Below, piece by piece: positions 1 to 9,098 of a stretch of DNA of 64,000 nt. The DNA lies in NCBI GenBank assembly GCA_013152275.1, contig JAADGS010000090.1, positions 1 to 64,000 of the forward strand, given 5' to 3'. This DNA comes from Actinomycetota bacterium (GTDB taxonomy: Bacteria > Actinomycetota > Acidimicrobiia > Spongiisociales > UBA4744). Made by a program: the position numbers and the translations under genes. Below the pieces are notes generated by a model that saw nothing but the letters and a program-made list of their open reading frames with translations, was not told where the DNA came from and searched no databases. Numbering within the stretch: the first letter of the stretch is position 1; the number at the start of each line of letters is the position of its first letter.

Positions 1-567
1 CAGCACCAGCAACTCGGCATCCGACACACGCCCATTCGTCAGATCCGCGGCATCAAGAGGCCGCCTCGAATCGCTCACCCTGTCCAGCTCATCGACCAAA
101 GCGTGCGTCCCTCCTAACGAAGGCCACAAGATCCTCGCGGTAGACGCGACACGATAGCGACGGTCCCGAGTGACGTCGACCGTCCAGACAGTTACCCGGT
201 TGAGCCCTAACACGACATGGCCTCTCCCAAGCGAGCTGCCGGCAGTCTTGCCCGTGCCATGATGCCCCAAGAGCCCATCCGGGCGCTGCGACAGCAGCTT
301 CCTGATCTTCTCGGGCGAAACTTGTACATGCGCGAAGCACGACCACCGGCTTGACGTGTCTCAGATATCGAGCGGCTTCGGCAACCTGAATACCCGCTTG
401 GATCGCGATCCAGCCGCAGTGTGCCGGAAGGTACCAGCGTGTTCATTCCGGAACGATCTGTCACCGATCTCCCCGGAATGAACAGACGCCCGATCGGAGC
501 CGAGTTGGAGGTTTCTTGAAAAGGCCACTGGCACTCTGTTGAAAGGGTCACCGTCCAGGATTCGCTC

Positions 568-768
568 ACGGACAAGCTCGACCGCCCGCTGTCACCCGCA
601 GAACTCGCCGACTACCTGCGCGTGCCGATCGCCACGATCGACGCATGGCGGCATCGCCGGCAAGGCCCACCAGGATTCCGGGCCGGACGGCATCTCCGTT
701 ACCGGCTCGCCGACGTGGAGCGGTAGATCACCGGACAACTCGAAGACACCAGCCGTCCCCACCGGTGA
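568..768 (+). pseudogene. Excisionase / HTH_17-type DNA-binding protein, inactivated
   Basis: Hand translation: (ACG)DKLDRPLSPAELADYLRVPIATIDAWRHRRQGPPGFRAGRHLRYRLADVER*ITGQLEDTSRPHR*. Typical actinobacterial xis motif; start appears mutated ATG>ACG and there is a TAG at 724-726 where Trp is expected. Lies directly upstream of an integrase. Confidence 0.8.
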
Positions 769-820
769 GGTTCGTCGGGCATACCTGAAACCAGGCCTCG
801 ACTGACCGACGGGAAGGATC

Positions 821-1495
821 ATGGCACGAGGAGCGATCGACCGACGAGACAACGGCCGGTACCGGGCACGCTACGAAGCACCCGACGGGCGGTGGCGCAG
901 CCGCACTTTCGACCGGAAGGTCGACGCGCAACGCTGGCTGGCCGACCAGCTCTCTCAACTCAACCGCGGCATGTGGATCGACCCCACCGCAGGGCAGGTC
1001 GCCTTCGACACCTACGCCCTGTCGTGGCTGGCCGCCAAGACCCGCATCAAGCCGAAAGCCCGCGGGGGCTACCGGTCACTACTCCGCTCCCGCATCATGC
1101 CCACCCCCGGACCCATCCGCCTCGCCACCATCGACCGGCGTTCGTCGGATCGTGGGTCCGGACCATGACCGACCACGGCCTGCCTGCATCGAGAATCCGC
1201 CGGGCCCACCAATGCCTGTCGGCCATCCTGGAACAGGCCGTCGCCGATGGCCTCATCGGCCGCAACCCCGCCCGCCGCGCCGAGCTTCCTCGGCTCGAAG
1301 AACCTGAGCACCGCTACCTCACCGCCGAACAGGTCGCCCGCCTCGACTTCGGTACCACCAAGACGCACCTCTTCGAAGGTGACCTTGGAGGCCGTGATGG
1401 ACCGTCTCGACGACGAGATCGCGTCCACAACGCGCCCTGAGAGCGTCCTGGGCGAGGTTGTCGACCTTCCTCAGCAAGCACAAACCCCCCGCTGA
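821..1495 (+). pseudogene. Tyrosine recombinase (integrative-element integrase), frameshifted and internally deleted
   Basis: N-terminus MARGAIDRRDNGRYRARYEAPDG..TFDRKVDAQRWL and core-binding segment AILEQAVADGLIGRNP, followed by YLTAEQVAR-LDFGTTK-THLFEGDL-EAVMDRLD. Spread over three ORFs with frameshifts near 1138 and 1386; the catalytic R/HxxR/H/Y region is missing. Confidence 0.88.
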
Positions 1496-1508
1496 CCACG
1501 GGTTTCGT

Positions 1509-1558
1509 TGGCTCCGGAGGGTGGGACTCGAACTCACAACCTGCGGATTAACAGTCCG
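1509..1558 (-). repeat. att-site direct repeat: 3' half of tRNA-Asn (anticodon arm, T arm, acceptor, CCA)
   Basis: 1525-1558 GACTCGAACTCACAACCTGCGGATTAACAGTCCG is identical to 52840-52873 in the intact tRNA-Asn; flanking 1511-1524 is a near match. Confidence 0.92.
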
Positions 1559-1847
1559 TTCCAGAAGTGACACCCGGCCCACCAGAAGGTGCGCGGATTC
1601 CCTGTGACTCGATGGTTCGAGTACCCACCTGTGGCCGCGACAGTGCACGACCGCTCGGCACATCGTGTTCCGAGAGGACCGTCGGTTCCGTGGTTCAGGA
1701 CCGACCATCCGTCTCCCGAGATGCTGGGCGCCTACGCCCACCACGATGGTTGCGAAAGAACGCGGATTTGACATGTCGCCGAAGGAGCGCTTCACTCACC
1801 CGCCAACATGCCAACAGGTGTGACGCCGGATACGAGAGGAGCAGATA

Positions 1848-1958
1848 ATGGGTAGCCCAGCACCCGCCTCGCTCGTTTCCGCGTGTGACTTCGTCATGTG
1901 TATGTGCATGCTCGGCTCTCGGGTGGCCCACCCGAGCGCACCTGCACTGCGCTCCTAG
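1848..1958 (+). CDS. Putative Cys/Met-rich leader peptide (36 aa, MGSPAPASLVSACDFVMCMCMLGSRVAHPSAPALRS)
   Basis: SD GAGAGGAG 6 nt upstream of ATG 1848; clustered C-x3-M-C-M-C-M codons; alternative hairpins overlapping the 3' end; upstream of the OsmC/metY genes. Confidence 0.6.
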   Translation: MGSPAPASLVSACDFVMCMCMLGSRVAHPSAPALRS

Positions 1959-2039
1959 GAACTGCCACCGCCCGAGAGGTCCCTCCGGCGTTCCACTTCA
2001 ACCGGATCGGTCATCCCGATCATATTGAAAAGGACTCAC

Positions 2040-2558
2040 ATGACGACATCAACCATTCCATTGAACGACGTCAACATCGAAGCCGTCGGCACTCTCGCAC
2101 AAGCGATCCAGACCGAGCCCGCGAAGGGCAACACGACATGGAAGGCCTCTGTCTCCTGGGATCGAGGATTTCGGACAACCACCCGGATCGGGAACTTTGC
2201 ACCCTTCGCAACAGATGAACCCGAGACACTCGGCGGCACCAATACCGCCCCCAACCCGGTGGAGCAACTTCTCGGTGCGCTCGGGTCGTGCCTGGCCATC
2301 GGGTACGCCGCAAATGCCAGTGTCGCGGGGATCCGCATCGACGACCTCCGAATCGATATCGAAGGAGAGCTCAACCTGGAAGTGTTCCTCGGCCTGCGAC
2401 CGGGCAATGCCGGCTATGAGACGCTGCGGGCCACGGTCCACATCACCACCGACGCCGACGATGCCACCGTTGCCGAGCTTCACAACAAGGTTGTGTCGAC
2501 GTCACCCGTAGGCCACACGTTGAGCCGGGCCGTCCCGCTCACCATCGAGCTTGCCTAG
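2040..2558 (+). CDS. OsmC/Ohr-family protein
   Basis: DEPETLGGTNTAPNPVEQLLGALGSCL motif and C-terminal SPVGHTL; SD AAGGA before ATG 2040. Confidence 0.9.
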   Translation: MTTSTIPLNDVNIEAVGTLAQAIQTEPAKGNTTWKASVSWDRGFRTTTRIGNFAPFATDEPETLGGTNTAPNPVEQLLGALGSCLAIGYAANASVAGIRIDDLRIDIEGELNLEVFLGLRPGNAGYETLRATVHITTDADDATVAELHNKVVSTSPVGHTLSRAVPLTIELA

Positions 2559-2566
2559 GAATCCTG

Positions 2567-2593
2567 GGGTCCGGATCCGTCGGGTCCGGACCC
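2567..2593 (+). terminator. GC-rich stem-loop after the OsmC gene
   Basis: GGGTCCGGATCCG..CGGGTCCGGACCC inverted repeat (with G-U) just after the stop codon. Confidence 0.55.
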
Positions 2594-2728
2594 TGGCCCT
2601 ACCCCGATAAGGACTATTGTGTTCTCCCTCGCCGTCGCATCGTGTGTCGCCCACCTGGGCATCGACTGCTGCCACAACGGTGGTACACGGGCTACGCTCG
2701 ACGACGATCGATCCACCGGAGCGTGTTC

Positions 2729-4015
2729 ATGACCGAAGATACCCACGATTACGGTTTCGCAACGAGATCCATTCACGCCGGTCAGCGGCCCGACCCTGAG
2801 ACCGGTGCCAGGGCCATGCCCATCTATGCGACGACCTCCTACGTGTTCGACGATGCTCAGCACGCCGCCGACCTGTTCTCCCTCCAGACATTCGGCAACA
2901 TCTACACGCGTATCGGCAACCCGACATCGGCGGCATTCGAGGAACGGATGGCGTCACTCGAAGGCGGCATCGGGGCGCTGGCGACCGCGTCGGGGCAGGC
3001 GGCTCAACTGATCAGCATTCTCACCCTGGCTCAGAAAGGCGATGAACTCGTCGCCTCGAGGTCACTGTACGGCGGCACCTATACCCAGTTCGATGTGACC
3101 CTGCGCCGGATGGGTATCGATGTCACCTTCGTGGATATCCACGATCCCGAAGCGATCGACAACGCGATCACGGACCGCACCAAGGCCGTGTATGCAGAGA
3201 CGATCGGGAACCCGCGCGCCGATGTCCTCGATCTCGAAGCGGTGTCGGATGTCGCCCACGGCCACGGACTCCCCCTCATCGTGGACAACACGTTCGCCAC
3301 TCCCTACTTGTGCCGGCCGATCGAGCACGGCGCCGACATCATCACCCATTCGGCCACGAAGTTCATCGGAGGCCACGGCGCCGTGATCGCCGGCTGCATC
3401 GTCGAGAGCGGTAGGTTCCCATGGGACAATGGCAATTTCCCTCTTCTCACCGACCCCTCCCCTGCCTACCATGACCTCCGGTTCTGGGAGAACTTTCGAG
3501 AGTATGCATACCTGACGAAGGCCCGCACCGAGCTGCTCCGCGACACGGGGGCTTCGCTGTCGCCATTCAACTCGTTCCTGTTGCTGCTGGGCCTCGAGAC
3601 GCTGTCGCTTCGGATGAGACAGCACGTTGCCAACGCCAAGGCGGTCGCTCGGTTCCTGCGTGACCACGCCAAGGTCGCATGGGTCGGCTATCCGATCTTC
3701 GATGACAACGACTGGACGGTTCAGGCCCGGCGTTACCTGCCAGAGGGTCCCGGAGCCATCTTCACGTTCGGCCTCGTGGGAGGCTTTGCCGCCGGAGTCA
3801 GGTTCATCGAGAATGTCGAGCTGGCCTCTCACGTCGCCAACGTCGGCGATGCCAAGACGCTCGTCATCCATCCGGCCTCGACCACGCATCAGCAGGTACC
3901 CACGGACGAACGAGCGGCCATGGGAGTAGGTGACGACATGATCCGAATCTCGGTCGGGATAGAGGACATCGACGACATCCTGTGGGATCTCGGACGAGCA
4001 CTGGAGGCGACATGA
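2729..4015 (+). CDS. metY: O-acetylhomoserine aminocarboxypropyltransferase / O-acetylserine sulfhydrylase (PLP)
   Basis: Cys/Met metabolism PLP motifs: PIYATTSYVF, GNIYTRIGNPT, VDNTFATP, HSATKFIGGHG, ANVGDAKTLVIHPASTTHQQ. Confidence 0.93.
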   Translation: MTEDTHDYGFATRSIHAGQRPDPETGARAMPIYATTSYVFDDAQHAADLFSLQTFGNIYTRIGNPTSAAFEERMASLEGGIGALATASGQAAQLISILTLAQKGDELVASRSLYGGTYTQFDVTLRRMGIDVTFVDIHDPEAIDNAITDRTKAVYAETIGNPRADVLDLEAVSDVAHGHGLPLIVDNTFATPYLCRPIEHGADIITHSATKFIGGHGAVIAGCIVESGRFPWDNGNFPLLTDPSPAYHDLRFWENFREYAYLTKARTELLRDTGASLSPFNSFLLLLGLETLSLRMRQHVANAKAVARFLRDHAKVAWVGYPIFDDNDWTVQARRYLPEGPGAIFTFGLVGGFAAGVRFIENVELASHVANVGDAKTLVIHPASTTHQQVPTDERAAMGVGDDMIRISVGIEDIDDILWDLGRALEAT

Positions 4016-4497
4016 CAACGGTCACCGTTCCCGAGGCAACACCCGCCGAGCGCCTGGACATCATCCGCAACGCCAAGTCCGTCGCCCTCGTGGGCGTCTC
4101 CGCCAACCCGATCCGCTCCTCGAACTTCGTCGCCGCCTACCTGGTACGCACCCGCTTTGATGTCTATCCCGTCAATCCCGCCTACGACGAGGTGCTGGGA
4201 CTGAAGTGCTATCCGTCGCTGCGCGATCTCCCCCAGATCCCCGACGTGGTCGATATCTTTCGACGACCCGAAGCGATACCCGATATCGTCGACGAGGCAA
4301 TCGAGATCGGAGCCAAGGTGGTGTGGTTCCAGCTCGGGTTGCGCCACGATGAGGCTGCCCGCCGAGCCCTCGATGCCGGCCTCCAGGTCGTTCAGGACCG
4401 GTGCCTGAAGATCGAGCACGCCCGGTGGCACGGCGGACTCCATCTCGGCGGATTCGACACCGGCATCATCTCGAGCAAACGACATCGTCCAATCTGA
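4012..4497 (+). CDS. CoA-binding protein (YccU-like)
   Basis: SVALVGVSANPIRSSNFVA..YPVNP..DVVDIFR..VWFQLG..QDRCLKIEH; ATGA overlap with metY. Confidence 0.9.
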   Translation: MTTVTVPEATPAERLDIIRNAKSVALVGVSANPIRSSNFVAAYLVRTRFDVYPVNPAYDEVLGLKCYPSLRDLPQIPDVVDIFRRPEAIPDIVDEAIEIGAKVVWFQLGLRHDEAARRALDAGLQVVQDRCLKIEHARWHGGLHLGGFDTGIISSKRHRPI

Positions 4498-4720
4498 GCC
4501 AAGTCACGGTCGACACGTGGAGCCTCGAGTCCGGTCCAGATCGAGAGCGGGCCATCCGGTGTTGCAGAGGCCCGCTGCGATGCCGTTGGCCGACAGTACC
4601 CAAGGTGAAAACAGGTGGTCGTGATCTGTGTTCCGTGCACGCACCACGACGTTCATGGAGTGTGTCCACGAACGTGGCACTTGAGAAGTCCGATCGAGGG
4701 TGCCCGCCGTTGGTGACCAC

Positions 4721-5071
4721 TCATCGGGTGAGCATCGTAACCGATATCGGATGCCGTGTTGGGGTTCGGAGGCCGTGGCGATCGATGTGTGCGTCGCGAA
4801 CCTCCGGCATCTTGGCGCGGAAACGCGAATCCAACGAGTAGTCGTTCCACGACGGCCTTTCCGGCCTTCCGCCGGCAGCTACCAGATGGTCTCGCCCCCT
4901 CACCGGTGAGCGGAGGATCCAGTCTCCAACGTGTGCGTCAGGACGAATCATCTCTTTGCAGGCCACGCGCGTTCACCTGCTGGAGAAGAAGTTGGAGGAT
5001 GCCACCATCTCGGCCGCCGACTCGCACCTCGTTCTCCGTGTGACGATGAACGCAGCAGTCCGACACGACAT
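4721..5071 (-). pseudogene. Degenerate Nmad2-like (nucleotide-modification-associated domain 2) relic
   Basis: Frame reads AFIVTR...SNFFSSR*TRVACKEMIRPDAHVGDWIL...DYSLDSRFRAKMP, resembling the Nmad2 pattern YxVxxD.GFAPNPF.G.CTLA.CKP.IR..A.VGDW...Y..D.RF..K.P as I recall it; in-frame TGA at 4973-4975. Confidence 0.45.
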
Positions 5072-5209
5072 CGCTCTCCCCCGGCGTCATCTCGCTCATC
5101 GCAGACGATGCACGTACGCGATCGACGCCTCCACCTGCCCCGGGCGAACGGAGAGCCCTCGACGTGACATGCATCCATGACCGCACGGTGCCCGCAGCCG
5201 GGAACCTCG

Positions 5210-5824
5210 CTACGAAGCTCCGAGTCCGTCGAACACGAGCCTGAACTGCCGCCGCACGATTGCCTTCACATCGCCTGGCGTGGTGTCGGGGACCGACATG
5301 TAGGTGAGCATCGCCACGGCGATCACGGAGAACAAGAGGTTGGCCGCATCACCGGGATCGACATGCTTCGAGGCGAGGCCGGCTCCCTGCAATCGCTCGA
5401 AGGCATGTGTGATCTGCAAGATGGCCCTGTCGTCGATGGACACCAGGTCATCCAGCAGGTCCGAGTGGGCAGGGTGGAATCCGGAGCGAAACACATCGGT
5501 GAGCACCTGTGGCCCCAACGCCGTTATCCCATCGACATATACGGCGATCGCAGGCATCAACGCATCGACAGGATCGTCCGCGGTCAGATCGACGGCGTCA
5601 CTCGCCGCGGACCAGGTCTCTTCCACATCGACCGTGACAACCGCCCCAAGGATGGCGTTCTTCGTGCCGAAGTAGTTGTACACGGTTCCGGGAGAGACGC
5701 CCGCAGCCGACGCGATCATCTCGATCGTCGTGGCCGCATGGCCACGTTCGGCGAAGCATCGCGAAGCCGCCGAAACGATGGATTCGAAGGTTCGGCGCTT
5801 GTTCTCCTCTCTGATGCCCGACAC
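5210..5824 (-). CDS. TetR/AcrR family transcriptional regulator
   Basis: HTH: FAERGHAATTIEMIASAAGVSPGTVYNYFGTK; GTG start 5824 with GGAG upstream; divergent from the ABC exporter. Confidence 0.92.
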   Translation of the reverse strand: MSGIREENKRRTFESIVSAASRCFAERGHAATTIEMIASAAGVSPGTVYNYFGTKNAILGAVVTVDVEETWSAASDAVDLTADDPVDALMPAIAVYVDGITALGPQVLTDVFRSGFHPAHSDLLDDLVSIDDRAILQITHAFERLQGAGLASKHVDPGDAANLLFSVIAVAMLTYMSVPDTTPGDVKAIVRRQFRLVFDGLGAS

Positions 5825-5854
5825 CGTCTCCACCACCCGGTTGAATCCGAATTT

Positions 5855-5867
5855 TGTAGTGACTACA
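5855..5867. promoter_or_regulatory. Candidate TetR operator palindrome
   Basis: TGTAGT-G-ACTACA inverted repeat in the AT-rich divergent intergenic region. Confidence 0.55.
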
Positions 5868-5913
5868 TTAATCGCCGACTTGTTCCTGTCACCACAAGTG
5901 AAACGAGGATAGC

Positions 5914-6627
5914 GTGAACCAACCGGCAGTCGTTGCACAAGGCCTGACAAAGGTATACGGCGAGGGACAAGCGGCGACGACGGCTCTTGACGACGTGTCG
6001 TTCTCGATCGAGACAGGCGAATTCGTTGTGTTGCTGGGTCCCTCAGGTTCGGGAAAGACCACGCTGCTCAACCAGATCGGTGCGCTCGAGGGACCCACCT
6101 CGGGCAGCCTGAAGGTGAACGGGTTCGAGATCGCAGGTATGTCGGCCAAGGAGCGTACCGAGTACCGCAGGTCGACGATCGGATTCGTGTTCCAGTTCTA
6201 CAACCTCGTGCCCACCCTGACCGCACACGAGAACGTGGCACTCATCGCCGAGATCACGGGCACCGACCCGGATGCTCGCTCTCAGGCGGTGCTCACCAAG
6301 GTTGGCCTCGCCGACAGGGCGGAGCATTTCCCGGGCGAGATGTCGGGAGGCCAACAACAGCGGGTGGCGATCGCCCGCAGCATCGTGAAGGACCCGCCCC
6401 TGCTGCTGTGCGACGAGCCCACGGGCTCGCTCGATCTCGAGACCGGTCGGACCATCCTCGAACTGCTCAAATCCACGACCGAGGGCGCCGACAGGACGGT
6501 CTTCCTCGTCACACACAACTCGACGATCGCCGAGATGGCCGACCGAGTCATACGACTACGTGACGGCAGGATCGTCGGCGTCCAAGCGATCGCGGATCCG
6601 GTACCTGCTTCGGAACTTCGCTGGTGA
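5914..6627 (+). CDS. ABC transporter ATP-binding protein (MacB/LolD type)
   Basis: Walker A GPSGSGKT, GFVFQFYNL, signature MSGGQQQRV, Walker B LLLCDEPT. Confidence 0.95.
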   Translation: MNQPAVVAQGLTKVYGEGQAATTALDDVSFSIETGEFVVLLGPSGSGKTTLLNQIGALEGPTSGSLKVNGFEIAGMSAKERTEYRRSTIGFVFQFYNLVPTLTAHENVALIAEITGTDPDARSQAVLTKVGLADRAEHFPGEMSGGQQQRVAIARSIVKDPPLLLCDEPTGSLDLETGRTILELLKSTTEGADRTVFLVTHNSTIAEMADRVIRLRDGRIVGVQAIADPVPASELRW

Positions 6628-9002
6628 GTTACCTCGCACGTAAGCGTCGCAGAGACATGCGTCGCCGTCGACGGCAGTTCCTTGCGGTCGGCGTGACGGT
6701 CGTCATCGGCGTCATGATGTTCGCCGCAACCTACGACTCATACCGGAACCTCGAGGTCAGCTACCAACGGACGTACGATCGACTTGCGTTCGCCGACATG
6801 ACAATCACCGGAGGCGACGAGAGTCTGGCCGCCTCCCTCGCAGCGATCCCCGGCGTGCGGGCGGTCACGGTGCGCCACACCGCCGATCTCCCGGTCACGA
6901 TCGGTGCGGCAACGCTTCGCGGGCGATTCATCGGTATGCCGACAGACGAGCAACCCGATGTCGACAAGATCCAGGTCCAACGAGGTTCCTATCTGCTTTC
7001 GGGTGGCGCCAACGAAGCGATCGCCGAGGACCACATCGCCAACACCTACGGGCTCCAGATCGGAGACCCGTTGACCGTGGCCGTCGGGCAGAAACAGAAG
7101 TTCACGATCACCGGTGTCGCCGTGTCGGCCGAGTACCTGTGGCCTGCACCCAGCACGCAGGAAAGCTTCATCGACCCAAAGCAATTCGGCGTCTTCTTCG
7201 TAGACGAAGAACTCCTGAAGCAACTTCCCCAGTCGGTCGCCGTCCGCCAAACGCTCGTGCTGTACGACAAAGGCGTCGTCACGAAGGACGTCGACGCCGC
7301 CGTACGCGCTGCGGCCACGCGAGCCGGCGCCACGAACATCCTCACCCGAGCCGACCAGCCCTCCAACAAGGCCCTCCAACTCGACGTCGACATGTTCGCC
7401 CAAATGGCCATTGCATTTCCGATCCTGTTCCTCACCGCTGCAGGCATGGCCGTGTACGTGCTCCTCACGCGCATCGTGTTCGCCCAACGCTCGATCATCG
7501 GTACGCTTCGCGCCTCAGGCATGTCGGCACGGGCCCTCCGACGCCACTACCTCGGCTACGGACTGCGGGTCGGAACTGTCGGGGCGATCGTCGGTGTCAT
7601 CCTCGGTGTTGCCTTCGGCGCGTGGATGACGGGCCTCTACACGCGAACACTCGACATTCCAGACACCATCGTCAGGATCAGGCCGATCACGATGTTCATC
7701 GGACTGACGTTCGGGATCGTGATGGGAGCGGTATCGGCATGGATCCCTGCACGAGCCGCATACCGGATCCCACCGGCCGAGGCGATGCGAGGGATTACTC
7801 CGTCGACGTCGGGCGGCGAGAGCCTCATGGAACGGATCCTCCCGCGCGTATCGCGTCTTCCCGTGAGAACCCGGATGACGCTCAGGGGCATCGGACGGGC
7901 AAAACGGCGAAGCCTCACCACCGTCCTCGGCGTAGTGCTCGCCCTGATCCTGATCGTCGCGGCAGGTGAGATGCTCGTCACGACCAACCACCTGATCGCC
8001 AAGCAGTTCAAGGAGATCACTCTTCAGGATGCATCCGTGATCGTGGACAAACCGGTCGACAAGGAACTGCTCGCCGCCATCGATGCCGTGCCGGGCGTGG
8101 CCGGCGCCGAGCAAGTCGCCGGCTTCGATGTGTCGATCACCCGTGACGGCACCACGTTCGCGACCACGCTTCAAGGATTCGAGGACAACACACAGATGCA
8201 CGGATGGACGAATCCTTCGGGGGCTCTTCCTCCCTCCGGGATGCTCGCCGCCAAACTTCTGAAAGACCGCCTGGGCCTCTCCCCGGGCGACCGGATCACC
8301 ATCAGCATCCCAGCACAGGACGTCTCGATCGAGCTCGAGCTCGTCGGGTTCGTCGACGAGCCTCTCGGGACTCCCCTCTACGCACGGCATGACGTGATTG
8401 CCAAGGCACTACGCGAGGCGGGTGTCGACGACCCGGAGACCGTCATGGCCGAACCGACGGTCGCCACCGTGATGACGAGATTCGACCCGGCGGCCGGCCG
8501 CACGGCCACACTTGCGGCGTTGAAGAACATCCCGGGCGTGGTCTATGTGGAGGATTCCCGAACGCTCTTCAACGTGATAAAGGAAGAATTCTCGTTGTTC
8601 GACACGTTCATCGGGATCATGTTCATCTTCGGTAGCGTCATGGCATTCTCCCTGATGTTCAACACGATCTCGGTCAACGTCGCGGAACGGTCGACCGAGT
8701 TCGCGACCCTCAAGGCCAGCGGCATATCGGACAGAACGATCGCGTGGATGATCGTGGGTGAGAATCTGTTACTCACCGCAGCCGGAATCATCCCGGGTAT
8801 CGTCCTCGGCGTCTGGATCTCGGGCCTGCTGATGGCAACGTTCAACAGCGACGCCTTCAACTTCGAGCTGACGACACGTCCTCTGACGCTTCTCCTCGCA
8901 GCAGTGTCGATACTGGTGATAGCGCTACTGTCGCTGATTCCCGGGATTCGATCGATCAAACGGCTGGACATCGCGGCCGTGGTCCGCGAGCGATCCGTCT
9001 AA
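6624..9002 (+). CDS. ABC transporter permease, duplicated MacB/FtsX domains
   Basis: 792 aa with two TM+extracytoplasmic repeats (IGTLRASGM, EFATLKASG motifs); overlaps the ATPase stop. Confidence 0.9.
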   Translation: MSYLARKRRRDMRRRRRQFLAVGVTVVIGVMMFAATYDSYRNLEVSYQRTYDRLAFADMTITGGDESLAASLAAIPGVRAVTVRHTADLPVTIGAATLRGRFIGMPTDEQPDVDKIQVQRGSYLLSGGANEAIAEDHIANTYGLQIGDPLTVAVGQKQKFTITGVAVSAEYLWPAPSTQESFIDPKQFGVFFVDEELLKQLPQSVAVRQTLVLYDKGVVTKDVDAAVRAAATRAGATNILTRADQPSNKALQLDVDMFAQMAIAFPILFLTAAGMAVYVLLTRIVFAQRSIIGTLRASGMSARALRRHYLGYGLRVGTVGAIVGVILGVAFGAWMTGLYTRTLDIPDTIVRIRPITMFIGLTFGIVMGAVSAWIPARAAYRIPPAEAMRGITPSTSGGESLMERILPRVSRLPVRTRMTLRGIGRAKRRSLTTVLGVVLALILIVAAGEMLVTTNHLIAKQFKEITLQDASVIVDKPVDKELLAAIDAVPGVAGAEQVAGFDVSITRDGTTFATTLQGFEDNTQMHGWTNPSGALPPSGMLAAKLLKDRLGLSPGDRITISIPAQDVSIELELVGFVDEPLGTPLYARHDVIAKALREAGVDDPETVMAEPTVATVMTRFDPAAGRTATLAALKNIPGVVYVEDSRTLFNVIKEEFSLFDTFIGIMFIFGSVMAFSLMFNTISVNVAERSTEFATLKASGISDRTIAWMIVGENLLLTAAGIIPGIVLGVWISGLLMATFNSDAFNFELTTRPLTLLLAAVSILVIALLSLIPGIRSIKRLDIAAVVRERSV

Positions 9003-9013
9003 ACAACAACCCG

Positions 9014-9066
9014 CCGTTCTCGTGACGCTTCACAGGAATAATCCCACCCAGGCGTCACGAGAACGG
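9014..9066. repeat. Perfect 15-bp inverted repeat with 23-nt spacer (REP-like element or bidirectional terminator)
   Basis: CCGTTCTCGTGACGC (9014-9028) / GCGTCACGAGAACGG (9052-9066), between convergent genes. Confidence 0.7.
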
Positions 9067-9098
9067 GAATGAGGGACGGCCATCCACTTCGTGTCTCG

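Noticed and set aside
1..540. Possible gene start on the minus strand at the window edge
   Set aside because: Frames are broken and no recognisable motif was found.
1600..1640. GGTTCGAGT T-loop-like motif suggesting another tRNA
   Set aside because: No flanking T stem, acceptor stem or anticodon arm could be built.
2012..2035. Rrf2/CymR-like operator TCCCGATCATATTGAAAAGGA over the OsmC SD
   Set aside because: Weak symmetry, only a loose second copy near 2602, and no cognate regulator in the window.
1560..2729. SAM or cobalamin riboswitch upstream of metY/OsmC
   Set aside because: No SAM-I/IV or B12-box core recognised by eye; an Rfam cmscan would be needed to exclude it formally.
724..4975. 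In-frame TAG/TGA codons (724, 4973; also 45662) as pyrrolysine/selenocysteine recoding
   Set aside because: All lie in fragments with other lesions; ordinary pseudogene decay is the simpler explanation.
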